Positions 34,100 through 44,332 of a stretch of 64,000 nt of DNA are shown here, one piece after another (the first letter of the stretch is position 1; the number at the start of each line of letters is the position of its first letter). Position numbers and translations under genes: made by a program. This DNA is from a virus (Duplodnaviria > Caudoviricetes). Under the pieces are notes generated by a model. It was given only the letters and a program-made list of their open reading frames with translations, did no database searches and had not been told where the DNA came from. The DNA is taken from IMG/VR virus record IMGVR_UViG_3300022661_000051. One strand, 5' to 3'.

Positions 34100-36550
34100 T
34101 TAATGGAACATTCTATTCATAATACCTACATACTCTGGCGAGTGTAGTATAGCTTCTGCTTCATGATGATTTTCCATCTTTATAAACGCATTCTTTTTGG
34201 TTGCAGGAACGAAGGCATTATACATATCAAGTTTTTCGTTCATCTTAATCTCTCCACGTTTAAAAGCTTGACGGTGCTGATTAATCCACCAATAATCATT
34301 AATGGTGTTATTTTCAGCATGTATCATATTATAACATCTAACAAGTCTTTCTTCTTTAGAGCCATAAGGATCATAGTTTTTAGTATATGCATCACTAAAG
34401 TAGTAATCATCCATATACTTTTTATACGATACTGGTGTGTAATTCATAAAGTCTATATCGGTTTCATGAAGAGCCGCATATTCTTTATAATCCCAATATC
34501 TTCTTTGCATTTCCGGAGAGAATGAGTCGTAATTGATCTCGCCGTTTACAACTCGAGGTTCGTTTCTCCAGTTTGGATTGAAGTCATATACATTACCCTG
34601 AGCATCTTTAAATTTATGAAGCTCATTAACTTTCTTAGTTACGAAATTCTGAAGATGCTGAGCATAGTCGTTTATATTGAAATTTACTTTACGAACAACT
34701 TGAGTGACATCTGTCTTATAAGTTGTTTCAAAGTCAACTCGTTCGTCATATTCTGTTGTAAAGAATACAGCACCGAAACAATTTCCGACATTGACCATTT
34801 CGTGTCCCTTTGGAAGTTTTGGAGGTGCTGATTTTAAATTAGGTTTAATTGCTGTACATACTGTAGGTGAAACGATTGTCTGAGGTCCCCGTTTACTATT
34901 ATCTGGAACTTCAACATTTTCGTCTATTACAGTTTTAGGTTTGGATAACTGATTTAAAGTAGGTTCGAAAGATGTAAGGAAATGAGATGTTCTCTTATTC
35001 ACATCTTCCAATAGCTTAATACTCAGTAAGTTATTTCCATTAACATCATCCTTAGAACCAACCGATGCATATGGCTGATAGAATGATGACTTACCATTTG
35101 TAATCTTCGGAGAAAGTGTAGTATAACGCGATTTAATCATGTTCATACCAAGATACTTTCTTCCATCAAATATTACTGGACAGATTATGATACCCATGTC
35201 CATCTTATTAGCGATACCCATAGACTCGGCTATGTGTGAAAGATTTAATAAAGATACAGGATCTGGATTATTCATCGCTTGAGCCTGTTCAATAATCATA
35301 TTAGCATTTCTATTGAGCTGACCTGCAGTAACTATCGGAATATCAAGTTTAGTTGCAGCTACTTTAAGCTGTACCATTGAAGATTCCAATCTAAATCTTT
35401 CTTCAGATATAGCATATGCTCTTTGTGACGGTGGAAGTTCAGGTTCTATAAGAGCTAAGTAGTCAACAAAAAGTGCTATTAACTCGTAACCTGCTTTATC
35501 AAGAGCATTATAAAGAGAATATATCCATGAAGTTGTAATACTATTTGCTTCTTCATACTTAATACAAAGAGAAATATTATTAGAGTCTTCATTAGTCGGA
35601 AAGTTTTTATTCATCATACGCATAACTTCATTTGGGTCGTACTCTTTCATTGCATGCGTAGTTCTGTTTACCATTGTAAATTTACGCTCTTCTGTTTCAT
35701 CATAAGTGTTTTCAAGAGATAAATAAACAATCATAGGTTTCTTCGAAGGATCTTTACAGACATAATACTCGTTATATCTTTTTGCTTGAATAGCAAGGTC
35801 TAAAAGAGTAATGGATTTACCTCGACCTTGAATACCAAATAAAGAATATACCTTTGTAGGGTATAATCCTCCTCGCATAAATTCATTAAGAGCTTCAATT
35901 CCTGTCTTCAAACATGCTGTAGGTCTGTTTGAACGTTCATGATACTGCTCATAATAATTACGTGAAGCTTCTTGATCCATTGGCATGATCATTCCGCTTA
36001 AAATATCAGCGTCACTGATCGTTTTTGCTTTTCTTTCATTAATCTCTTCGATTGAAGAGTTTAAATCATTGAAAACTTCAGACGGGTCATCCTGACTAGC
36101 ACCAGTGATAACATCTGTAGCTCTCTGAATTTTATATTCAATAGCATTATAGTCAGATCTTTCGTATTCATCTGCTACCTGCTTATTAATTTCATTTATA
36201 TCATTCTCACTCAAAGTATGTACTGATGAGAACAACTGGTCAAATTTATCACCATAGCCCTCAGCCATGGCGCTTTTAATAAGATTAATATCTGTTACGC
36301 CACCGTTAAGTCTAGCGTCTAAGCCTTTCTTAACAGCCTGAATTTGTTTATAAGACTCTGGTTGAGAGTCGTAATATTTCTTCTCTACCAAATCGAGAAG
36401 ATCTTTTACCGATTTATAGTTTGTTTCTGTTAAATCATCAGTTAATGTATAACTGATGAGGGACTCTACAAGATAAGGATTAAGAGGATGATTGATAATT
36501 TTTGTCTTATCCTTTAATTTTCTATAGTTAGATGGGTTATAAACACTCAT
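34100..36550 (-). CDS. DnaB-like replicative helicase with long C-terminal extension
   Basis: LKTGIEALN, Walker A GIQGRGKS, YLSLE, FVDYL, TAGQLNR, KSR; start refined to 36550 (GAAAGGGG SD, downstream of promoter 36581-36592). Confidence 0.85.
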   Translation of the reverse strand: MSVYNPSNYRKLKDKTKIINHPLNPYLVESLISYTLTDDLTETNYKSVKDLLDLVEKKYYDSQPESYKQIQAVKKGLDARLNGGVTDINLIKSAMAEGYGDKFDQLFSSVHTLSENDINEINKQVADEYERSDYNAIEYKIQRATDVITGASQDDPSEVFNDLNSSIEEINERKAKTISDADILSGMIMPMDQEASRNYYEQYHERSNRPTACLKTGIEALNEFMRGGLYPTKVYSLFGIQGRGKSITLLDLAIQAKRYNEYYVCKDPSKKPMIVYLSLENTYDETEERKFTMVNRTTHAMKEYDPNEVMRMMNKNFPTNEDSNNISLCIKYEEANSITTSWIYSLYNALDKAGYELIALFVDYLALIEPELPPSQRAYAISEERFRLESSMVQLKVAATKLDIPIVTAGQLNRNANMIIEQAQAMNNPDPVSLLNLSHIAESMGIANKMDMGIIICPVIFDGRKYLGMNMIKSRYTTLSPKITNGKSSFYQPYASVGSKDDVNGNNLLSIKLLEDVNKRTSHFLTSFEPTLNQLSKPKTVIDENVEVPDNSKRGPQTIVSPTVCTAIKPNLKSAPPKLPKGHEMVNVGNCFGAVFFTTEYDERVDFETTYKTDVTQVVRKVNFNINDYAQHLQNFVTKKVNELHKFKDAQGNVYDFNPNWRNEPRVVNGEINYDSFSPEMQRRYWDYKEYAALHETDIDFMNYTPVSYKKYMDDYYFSDAYTKNYDPYGSKEERLVRCYNMIHAENNTINDYWWINQHRQAFKRGEIKMNEKLDMYNAFVPATKKNAFIKMENHHEAEAILHSPEYVGIMNRMFH

Positions 36551-36678
36551 TTTATAATCCCCTTTCAATTTAATGCTTGTTATCATAATGTTTCCAATAT
36601 ATTAATTTAATAATTTGGAAAGATTCCTAAACGTACCTAATCAGGTAACTTTAGCATGTCAAAATAATAATATACATT

Positions 36679-36688
36679 TATATATTAT
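36679..36688 (+). promoter_or_regulatory. Putative early promoter TATATATTAT
   Basis: Exact motif upstream of a small monocistronic ORF. Confidence 0.55.
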
Positions 36689-36710
36689 TTTGGTAGAAAG
36701 GAGGGATTGT

Positions 36711-36887
36711 ATGAATAATCCCAATAACAATAATAACCTCCCCATTTCAAATGAGGATGTGTTGCGACTAATCTCTAGCTTGGAGGCAAGCATTGCAAAA
36801 TGCATCCAAGCTAGAGATATGGAATCAGCAACAAAATTCCAGCGTATGCTGGATATTGTAAAGGTTCCAGTAGCCTCAGCAAAATAA
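36711..36887 (+). CDS. Small hypothetical early protein (58 aa)
   Basis: AAGGAGGG SD, early promoter, terminator 36889-36917. Confidence 0.7.
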   Translation: MNNPNNNNNLPISNEDVLRLISSLEASIAKCIQARDMESATKFQRMLDIVKVPVASAK

Positions 36888-36888
36888 G

Positions 36889-36917
36889 AGAAAGGGTGGA
36901 GAGATCCACCCTTTCTT
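36889..36917. terminator. Bidirectional terminator
   Basis: AGAAAGGGTGGA-gaga-TCCACCCTTTCT. Confidence 0.8.
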
Positions 36918-36920
36918 TTT

Positions 36921-38042
36921 TTATTCTGTTAAGATTTTAGTTAAGTCTTCTACTGTTATATACTGATGACCAATTTCTTGATTTACATATCTTGTAAAGA
37001 TTTCATATGGAGACATATTAGGATCAAGTATATATTCATATCCCTTATACTGATCATTGGCTTCCTGATTCTTTCTCAATGTTTCTTTAAATTGAGCATC
37101 TTCGGCATCTATGACAACGTTGAAACTATTTTTGTAGTATTCTTTAACTAGACGAACAGATTCGCTTGTTTCGTTAAATCTTACCTTGATATAGTCAATC
37201 CCTTTATTTTTTAATGTAGTAATGTGATCTATAATAGTCTTAGGATCATAGGAAATTAGATCGTCTAAGTTAATAGTATCATATCTAAAAGACTGAATTT
37301 CTTCAAGATGTAAATAATACATTCTTCTGTCAAGATCATGAAGTAATATCAAAAAACCCTTTTCTTCCTCTTCAGCAAATTGCCATCTAAGAGGACTTCC
37401 TGCATAGTATATATGGTTATAATAACATCCAGGTATATGGACATGAGAACAAATCACTGGTCCAAGACAGTTATTAAAGCTATTCATATCAAATACTGGA
37501 GCTTTTACTGAATCGAGGTCTTCTTCGTTACATCCATAGATAGAACCTTTTATAGTTCCATGGAGTACGGCCATGTCATAAAGTCCTGAATATTTGAGTG
37601 CTTGTTCATAGTATTCTTTACCCATACCATATTCTTCTGGGATACATAAAACTCTGCTGTTCTTGATATTTTCAAACTGCATATGTTCTACTATTCTTAC
37701 ATCAACATCGGATGCTATATAATGATAGAATATCTTTAACTGATTAGCGTCATGACTACCAGTACCATGAAGTATAACTAATGTCGCCCCTTTAGCTCGA
37801 CAGTCACATACAATAGCGTCCACAAACATAGAAGCATGCATTACAACATCTGAATTTGTCATAAACTTATGATGAAACAAATCTCCATTGATAAAGAAAG
37901 CATCATATTTTAAAGGCTTAACTTTAGCGATCATTTGTTCCATTAATATATCATATTGAACTTTCGGATCCATAGCTCCGAAATGAATATCCCCAGTATG
38001 AACTTCGATCATCGATCCCCTGTTCTGAATTATCGGTAACAC
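36921..38042 (-). CDS. SbcD/Mre11-like metallophosphoesterase nuclease
   Basis: GDIHFG, NGDLFH, HGT.SHD, VLHG, SHVH, YAGS...EEEEKG. Confidence 0.88.
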   Translation of the reverse strand: MLPIIQNRGSMIEVHTGDIHFGAMDPKVQYDILMEQMIAKVKPLKYDAFFINGDLFHHKFMTNSDVVMHASMFVDAIVCDCRAKGATLVILHGTGSHDANQLKIFYHYIASDVDVRIVEHMQFENIKNSRVLCIPEEYGMGKEYYEQALKYSGLYDMAVLHGTIKGSIYGCNEEDLDSVKAPVFDMNSFNNCLGPVICSHVHIPGCYYNHIYYAGSPLRWQFAEEEEKGFLILLHDLDRRMYYLHLEEIQSFRYDTINLDDLISYDPKTIIDHITTLKNKGIDYIKVRFNETSESVRLVKEYYKNSFNVVIDAEDAQFKETLRKNQEANDQYKGYEYILDPNMSPYEIFTRYVNQEIGHQYITVEDLTKILTE

Positions 38043-38127
38043 GTTGTTTAACCTCCCTATTATAATTTATTTGGTAGTTCTTTATGCGGTAAAAAAGTAT
38101 GGTAGGAAATCCCTACCATACTAATAT

Positions 38128-38826
38128 TTAACAAAACAGTTCTTTGAATGTAGCTTCGCAAGCTTTCGCATTATGCCAAGTATATACGACCCCAGTAAAC
38201 GCCATAAAACTATTTTCGATATAATTATAGTGAATAGGGTCGTCGAAGTTAAGAGTGAATTCGTGAAACTTAGGTCTTGGTCCTTTATTGAGTTTAAGTA
38301 CAACACACCCCTGGATATTGATTCCTTTGAGTTTATATAGGAGATATCTGTAAGCTGCTAACTGCATAAAGTATTTATACCCAACATGATTAGATGTCTT
38401 AAAGTCAATAAGGTACGGTTTATCATTAATAGAGAGAAGAAGATCATAAGTACCCGCAAAATAATCGCATACTAACGGTTCTTCTTGACCGAGTATTTCA
38501 ACTTTGTTGTTTTCGGTTAGTTTATACCACCACAACTTAAAAGCCTCAAATGCGCTTGTTGAAATAAACATATCATCTGTTTTATCATTAAGAAATTTTT
38601 CAATAGCACTATGAGTATTTGTACCATACTGTGCTGCAGTTCGAAGAATACTTTGATTATCCATTCCTTGTCTACCGATAGCATTAGCCCAATTGATTAG
38701 ACCTTCACTATCGATATAGCTAAGTAGTTCTGTAACGCTCGGTATTTTAATACCGTCTTTTTCGTATCTACCTTTACTAGGGTTGTATACTTGTAGACCA
38801 TCGAAAAACACCTTAGGATCAAACAT
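38128..38826 (-). CDS. PD-(D/E)XK exonuclease
   Basis: IPSVTELL, GTNTH, E...FAGTYDLL...IDFKTS, QLAAY. Confidence 0.85.
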   Translation of the reverse strand: MFDPKVFFDGLQVYNPSKGRYEKDGIKIPSVTELLSYIDSEGLINWANAIGRQGMDNQSILRTAAQYGTNTHSAIEKFLNDKTDDMFISTSAFEAFKLWWYKLTENNKVEILGQEEPLVCDYFAGTYDLLLSINDKPYLIDFKTSNHVGYKYFMQLAAYRYLLYKLKGINIQGCVVLKLNKGPRPKFHEFTLNFDDPIHYNYIENSFMAFTGVVYTWHNAKACEATFKELFC

Positions 38827-38899
38827 AACTTTACCTCCTTTTCCTATATGTGCCTATATAGAGTTGATTATTTATTAGTTCTTCAAAATGTCATATGAT

Positions 38900-38909
38900 T
38901 ATATATTAT
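38900..38909 (+). promoter_or_regulatory. Putative early promoter TATATATTAT
   Basis: Exact motif upstream of the 38941-42340 operon. Confidence 0.55.
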
Positions 38910-38940
38910 AAGGGTGAACATATGCGCATGTGTTTAAACT

Positions 38941-40713
38941 ATGAAAGGAGTTGTGCGTATTTTGATAACAAACTTAGATGATATCTTAGGAAAAGATTTC
39001 GATAAAAATCTTCCTGAAGATGTCAAAAGAAAAACTGAAGCTGACGTAGCACATGCTCGACAGCTGCAGGAAAAAATTTTGGAAGATCTCGCTACAAATG
39101 GCGAGATCGATGATTTCACAGGGATGACAGCAGTAGAGCGCGTCCTTAACAACGATCCTAATTTAATTAGGACTTGTTCTTATGTTGGAGGGGAAGGAAC
39201 ATATCACCCCTTGCAACAACAATCATATTCGGGGTATACTAATACTTATACTCCGTACCAAATGCAGACACAGCCACAGAACTATTCTGATTATAGCTAT
39301 CCTGCATATAATCCATATATGAATAAAGAATATATGGAAACAATGAATTACTGTGAGGATCAATACTATAATAAAATGAGAGGAACTTATTATGGTATTA
39401 TGACTCCGCCACAGATCGGGTATACTGTACCGGAAAACGTTGATGCTAATAGTTATTATAACATGATTGCGTATCAGAATGCAATGTTTATTAACGAAGC
39501 ATCAAGACAGTTTTCAGTATGGATGAATCAGATACTTGGAAACGATTCACTAAATCGACCAAGAACTGTAATTAGTAATCCATATAACAATCAGTTCTGG
39601 TTGAACTATTTGCCTTGCGCAAATGAAGTTCAACTTGACCCATATGACTACGATACTGAAGAGGAGTATTTGGAGGCATGGGAAGATCTGAGAAAGTGTA
39701 AGTGTGAAACTCATATGCTTTTGTTCGAATCAATGGCTCATTTTAAAGGAATCATTGGGACTGAAGAATATGAAAATCAGAAACTTCAAATGGAGGACAT
39801 GTACGGATATCGTCCTGCTAATGAAGAAAAGGAATATCGTCAAAAAAGAATTGCGGAGGTTAATGAAGCGATAGCTGCTGAGAATGCGGCAATGAATGGC
39901 GATGACGATAATGATAATTATATCCCACAGAATACACAGGGATATGATATTAATGGTATAAGAAAGGAGAAGATTACCCTTAAAGTCGGATTTAGACGTG
40001 ATGATGGTACATATGTACCAGCAACAAGTAGAAAAGCAGATCCGGAAAAGGGTTATTACGAAATCATTCATACTAGACAGTCAGACGACTTGGCGGAGAG
40101 AAGATATAGATCGTTCTGGACTCCATATCTGATTGATTATAAGTGGTATGAAGGATACTGTCACGTTATGGCAGAGAGAGCCGAGAGAATGGATAAGTAT
40201 AACCATTATACTCTCGAACAGTTATTTGGCCCAGAAGATAAGATGTCGGAATATTGGGACGAATTAACAAAAGATGATCAGAAGGAAGCGTTACATCATA
40301 TAATGAAAGTATTAAGGGGCGATAGATGGCAGGTAAAAGGAGGCTATGCGTCTACATTTGCCCATTCAGGAATTGATGTAAACAAAATAAATCCATCGGA
40401 AGGATTTATTTCTGATTATAATCTCGCAAGAGATATCTATGCGTATGACAAAATCTATGGGGCTAATAGCTCTATGGATAATCAGGGATTATGTAATTCC
40501 ATGAAGTCATATTATGACCTTAGACGAAAGATGTTTATCGATAAGGTTATGCGTAATGGTAAAACTGATATGAGTGTTGGGGCTGATTTAAAACCTCCAG
40601 GAACTTATGAGGTGTTACCAAGCTTATCCGAGATGAACGAATCGGATGCTAAAAAATATATTCTGACGAGTGGTTATATATCAGAACCAACGTCAGAATT
40701 TGTAAATATTTAA
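38941..40713 (+). CDS. Hypothetical protein with Y/Q/N-rich region
   Basis: 590-aa ORF; start may be slightly downstream after AAAGGAG. Confidence 0.8.
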   Translation: MKGVVRILITNLDDILGKDFDKNLPEDVKRKTEADVAHARQLQEKILEDLATNGEIDDFTGMTAVERVLNNDPNLIRTCSYVGGEGTYHPLQQQSYSGYTNTYTPYQMQTQPQNYSDYSYPAYNPYMNKEYMETMNYCEDQYYNKMRGTYYGIMTPPQIGYTVPENVDANSYYNMIAYQNAMFINEASRQFSVWMNQILGNDSLNRPRTVISNPYNNQFWLNYLPCANEVQLDPYDYDTEEEYLEAWEDLRKCKCETHMLLFESMAHFKGIIGTEEYENQKLQMEDMYGYRPANEEKEYRQKRIAEVNEAIAAENAAMNGDDDNDNYIPQNTQGYDINGIRKEKITLKVGFRRDDGTYVPATSRKADPEKGYYEIIHTRQSDDLAERRYRSFWTPYLIDYKWYEGYCHVMAERAERMDKYNHYTLEQLFGPEDKMSEYWDELTKDDQKEALHHIMKVLRGDRWQVKGGYASTFAHSGIDVNKINPSEGFISDYNLARDIYAYDKIYGANSSMDNQGLCNSMKSYYDLRRKMFIDKVMRNGKTDMSVGADLKPPGTYEVLPSLSEMNESDAKKYILTSGYISEPTSEFVNI

Positions 40714-40723
40714 GGGAGGGTTA

Positions 40724-42340
40724 ATGATGAAGATTCATCCTCACTTAAATAAGATCTATCGATCTATTGAGCCTCCAGTTACGGAGAAACAAATGATCGA
40801 TAACAAATATATCGAGATGTTTGACAGTTGGCGAGCAAGACCTATTTGTTCATGCTTCAGTCAGCAGGATATTGAACAACTTGAATATATTGCGATATCT
40901 CCAAGATATTCCTCTAAATTAGAAAAGGATAGAGCTATAGGAGAAATAATGAATTCAAGAGGATTTCAGTTCTTCCATGGAGGAACTAATCGTCGTGTCT
41001 TCTATTGTACTTTTGATCCTACGATCATTGCTATTGTAGCATATGACGAAACTGGTCTTAAGAATAATAAAGATGAATTCTTAATGCAGGATGTGTTTAA
41101 ACCGTACTGCTGTAAAGTCTTCGAAGTAACTCCTAATGGAGCTATAGCATTCGAAGAAAAAGTCGATCCGATTCTTGATGAAAGGGACTTTCAAGATCTT
41201 GTCCTGCCTATTGCGGACATAATCATTGAAAAAATCTACAAAAGAGCAATCGGAATTTCCGATATAGGTTCGAGATCGTTTAAGAACTGGGGAGTTCGCC
41301 CAGGGTTCGGACCTGTATTACTGGATTTCCCCACTGCATCTGTGATGGATAGAAGAAAGCTATTTTGTCATATATGTGGTGGAACAATAGATTATGACAT
41401 AGGATTTGACAAAATCATATGTCTTAATTGTGGTCGAGAATATAATCTCGATCCCATTCTGTTTAAGAAAGACGGTACCGATATCAATAAACTCAGACAA
41501 GCTACCGGTCTTTCAATATATCAACAAAACCAAGGAAAGAGTAAAGGAGTATGTACCATGAAAATAAGTTGCAGATTAAAAGATGGAAGAGTAATCCATA
41601 AGGATCTTTCAGCTGGAAGATCAGACATTATTGCACCTATTCCTCAGACACCGGTGTATGTACACAATATACCAATGTCAGAAAAGGATAAAAATAGAAT
41701 GTTCCGTAAGGTATTCGGATATCCTAGACATGATCTTAAGGTTAGAATCGTAAGACCTGAAGAGCCTGCAGAGGATAAGTTTACACTTAAGGATGCTTCT
41801 TGCGAACCAGAGACTGTAGATCCTATAGTTGTTGATACTGATCGTGGTCCGGTTAATGTACATCAGTGCGATTCAGAAGAGGAGGCTCATGATATCGTAT
41901 CGAATGTAGAGCCTATTGTTGATGCTGTTAATGACTACTATTCAACAGAAGCAGAAGATGACGATGATGTTGAAGAAGAGGAAGCGACAACAGATGACGA
42001 AGAAGATGATGAATCTTATGTTGTTGAAGAGGGTACAACTGAACTCGATGAAGCTGGACTCAGAGCAGTACAGGCTCATTGTGATAGATACAGACAGTAT
42101 TTAAACAATGAGTCATCTAATGATACTTCTGACATAGAAGAACCTGAAAAAGAGGTAGAAATGTCAGAAGATATTGATGAAGATACAACTACAATCGAAG
42201 AAGAACCTATAAATACCGACAGAACTTTCTCGGATAATCCTTCACCTGAAGAAATCAGAGCTGTTATGAATAACAGAAAGAATCAGTTTAAGAATAATGG
42301 AGGAGGAAAGAACAGAAAGAAGAAAGGACGTCGTCGTTAA
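40724..42340 (+). CDS. Protein-kinase-fold protein with Zn ribbon and acidic tail
   Basis: GGTNR Gly-loop, E helix, D...KNWG catalytic loop, VLLDF, CHICGG...CLNCG. Confidence 0.6.
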   Translation: MMKIHPHLNKIYRSIEPPVTEKQMIDNKYIEMFDSWRARPICSCFSQQDIEQLEYIAISPRYSSKLEKDRAIGEIMNSRGFQFFHGGTNRRVFYCTFDPTIIAIVAYDETGLKNNKDEFLMQDVFKPYCCKVFEVTPNGAIAFEEKVDPILDERDFQDLVLPIADIIIEKIYKRAIGISDIGSRSFKNWGVRPGFGPVLLDFPTASVMDRRKLFCHICGGTIDYDIGFDKIICLNCGREYNLDPILFKKDGTDINKLRQATGLSIYQQNQGKSKGVCTMKISCRLKDGRVIHKDLSAGRSDIIAPIPQTPVYVHNIPMSEKDKNRMFRKVFGYPRHDLKVRIVRPEEPAEDKFTLKDASCEPETVDPIVVDTDRGPVNVHQCDSEEEAHDIVSNVEPIVDAVNDYYSTEAEDDDDVEEEEATTDDEEDDESYVVEEGTTELDEAGLRAVQAHCDRYRQYLNNESSNDTSDIEEPEKEVEMSEDIDEDTTTIEEEPINTDRTFSDNPSPEEIRAVMNNRKNQFKNNGGGKNRKKKGRRR

Positions 42341-42444
42341 TAATTATTAAACTTTTACTATATCCGAAACATCTCTATAATAGAGGAGCAGGGGATATAG
42401 GGAAGGTAATAATTAATAATAAAAACTCAGAGGAGGAAACCAAA

Positions 42445-43002
42445 ATGAACAACTTTGGAAAGTTGGTGATCTGTAAAGATTATCAGCAAATCGATTGGTT
42501 TGCGAGAGCACATCCAAACCAGAAAACGCGTGTCGTTGTTCTCGACGACACGCCTATTAATATTGAGGGGTATATCAATGCCAGTATCTTACTGCCATTA
42601 CCTTCAACATTGTTCAGATTAATCGACTATAATGATTACAATGGATTCGATTATCTGTACAGAGATTACCTGTCCTCGAAAGAAGTCAGAAGTTTTATAT
42701 ATTTACTTGTAATGGCTCTCTATCGAGGAATCAATATTGTATTGTTTTGCAATACATCCGATCCGGATATATTCATGAATACACTCGACTCTGTTTTACG
42801 ATACGAAATCGGAGTAATTTCAATAAGATTTGAGTATTTATATCAATTCCCGATGTATTGCTCGTTCAATTTTACCGAGTTTCCTAATATCTTGATGAAG
42901 CTCGTTGAATATGGATATATGACTATGGAAGAATATAACAATACTCTTCCAAACATAAATCCGAACGGGGTAACCAAGATTATCCCCAAGGGGGCATCTT
43001 AA
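42445..43002 (+). CDS. Hypothetical protein (possible DUF488-like fold)
   Basis: LLP...F...Y..YL...L.RG.NIVLFC pattern; late promoter 42368-42379. Confidence 0.7.
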   Translation: MNNFGKLVICKDYQQIDWFARAHPNQKTRVVVLDDTPINIEGYINASILLPLPSTLFRLIDYNDYNGFDYLYRDYLSSKEVRSFIYLLVMALYRGINIVLFCNTSDPDIFMNTLDSVLRYEIGVISIRFEYLYQFPMYCSFNFTEFPNILMKLVEYGYMTMEEYNNTLPNINPNGVTKIIPKGAS

Positions 43003-43485
43003 ATGCTTATATTTACACCCGTACCAATATCACCGGATGACTTATGTCCGGTGATATTAAACTTGTCTTCATTTATTGAGGGATATCCAACTATTTCACA
43101 GTTAAATCCGTTAACATATTACCCTCAGGGAATTTCATATATGGAAGATTTTGACGAGTGGTATATGAGATTCGTATTAACCAATAAGGAGGCTTATAAA
43201 GCCTTTTTAGATATAATGAGACCTCTATACAATGGAGCAGATGTTTGTATTCTTATAAATCCAAACAATGAATTCTCCAATAGATTGGTCGATTCTTTAA
43301 TATCGTTTATCTATAAACGATACGAATACGTCTCAAATTTGTTAATAGGATACGATTTGGACGATATAGATACCTTGAAAGAAGGTACGTTTTCTGCATC
43401 AGGTATACATCTACTTGATGAAGAATTTAAGATTTATGCCAATACTTATGGTATAAAAAATCTTTATACAGATCCAGAAAATTGA
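43003..43485 (+). CDS. Hypothetical protein, distant paralog of the upstream ORF
   Basis: LNP...FD.WY..F...LYNGADVCIL pattern similar to 42445-43002. Confidence 0.7.
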   Translation: MLIFTPVPISPDDLCPVILNLSSFIEGYPTISQLNPLTYYPQGISYMEDFDEWYMRFVLTNKEAYKAFLDIMRPLYNGADVCILINPNNEFSNRLVDSLISFIYKRYEYVSNLLIGYDLDDIDTLKEGTFSASGIHLLDEEFKIYANTYGIKNLYTDPEN

Positions 43486-43496
43486 GGTGATCTGAA

Positions 43497-44294
43497 ATGA
43501 TATCTAATCTCTATCAAAAGAGTTTATATACATTACCAGTTGATTTTGTTATACACGAGATATACGAATACGATATCTCAAAAGCAAATATATCGATCTT
43601 ACTCGAATGTGGTAAGATCGATATCAACCGTTATAATTATCTCGCATCATTACCTAAAATGGAAAGACAAATTCAGATAGGTATGATGCAAAAAGATAAA
43701 GATATTCTTGAAGCGTTGAACAAAGGATTTGAACAAGCTCGTTTAAACCTTATCAATGCTAATCTTATTCAGGATGATGAGATTATATCTATAAAGAAAG
43801 ATGCAATCTTTGTAACTCGTCCACTCGAATATACTAAATTTGGATATGTCAAGTTTAATCTAAAAAACCGTTATCAAATGATGATCAATATGAAACAGTT
43901 TCATATTGAGCTTTATTACGACGGTTATAATAAACTTGATGTTAAAGGCATTAGAGATGATATACTTCCATTACATGCAAAACACTACGTTCCTACATTG
44001 ATTCAGTTATTGAATCTTGTATTAAGTAAGAACTATACGCATGCTATAAATTACATCTCACATTTTATCGACGACTATAACGATGGACTCCTCGAACCAG
44101 GATTCTATCGAGAGTTTAATGCCAATTCAAAATTTAAAATCAATGCTGGTAACAGAAGCTTCTATTTAGATATGATGGTTAATGATAACGATGTTCGGTG
44201 TTTAGATAAATCCTATAATCAAGCATTGAACCGTGAGTTATATAAGACCATCTCAAAAATATACTTTGCCTACAATATACGGCCAAAAATGTAG
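43497..44294 (+). CDS. Divergent family-B DNA polymerase palm-like protein
   Basis: IYEYDISKANISIL (motif A-like), IISIKKDAIFV (motif C-like), LDVKGI. Confidence 0.5.
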   Translation: MISNLYQKSLYTLPVDFVIHEIYEYDISKANISILLECGKIDINRYNYLASLPKMERQIQIGMMQKDKDILEALNKGFEQARLNLINANLIQDDEIISIKKDAIFVTRPLEYTKFGYVKFNLKNRYQMMINMKQFHIELYYDGYNKLDVKGIRDDILPLHAKHYVPTLIQLLNLVLSKNYTHAINYISHFIDDYNDGLLEPGFYREFNANSKFKINAGNRSFYLDMMVNDNDVRCLDKSYNQALNRELYKTISKIYFAYNIRPKM

Positions 44295-44298
44295 CAAT

Positions 44299-44332
44299 AA
44301 GAAACGTGGGGACTCCTCCACGTTTCTTTTTT
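44299..44332 (+). terminator. Intrinsic terminator
   Basis: AAGAAACGTGG-ggactcct-CCACGTTTCTT followed by a T-run. Confidence 0.75.

Noticed and set aside
1-36550. Group I introns or inteins in RNAP, gyrase, ligase or helicase genes (common in relatives)
   Set aside because: ORFs are continuous, of expected length, and show no intein terminal motifs
38128-38826. Cas4
   Set aside because: Lacks the four Fe-S cysteines; a generic phage PD-(D/E)XK nuclease
38941-40713. Chimallin (nuclear shell) candidate on the basis of size and early promoter
   Set aside because: No recognisable ChmA sequence features; composition looks low-complexity and helical; would need a structure search
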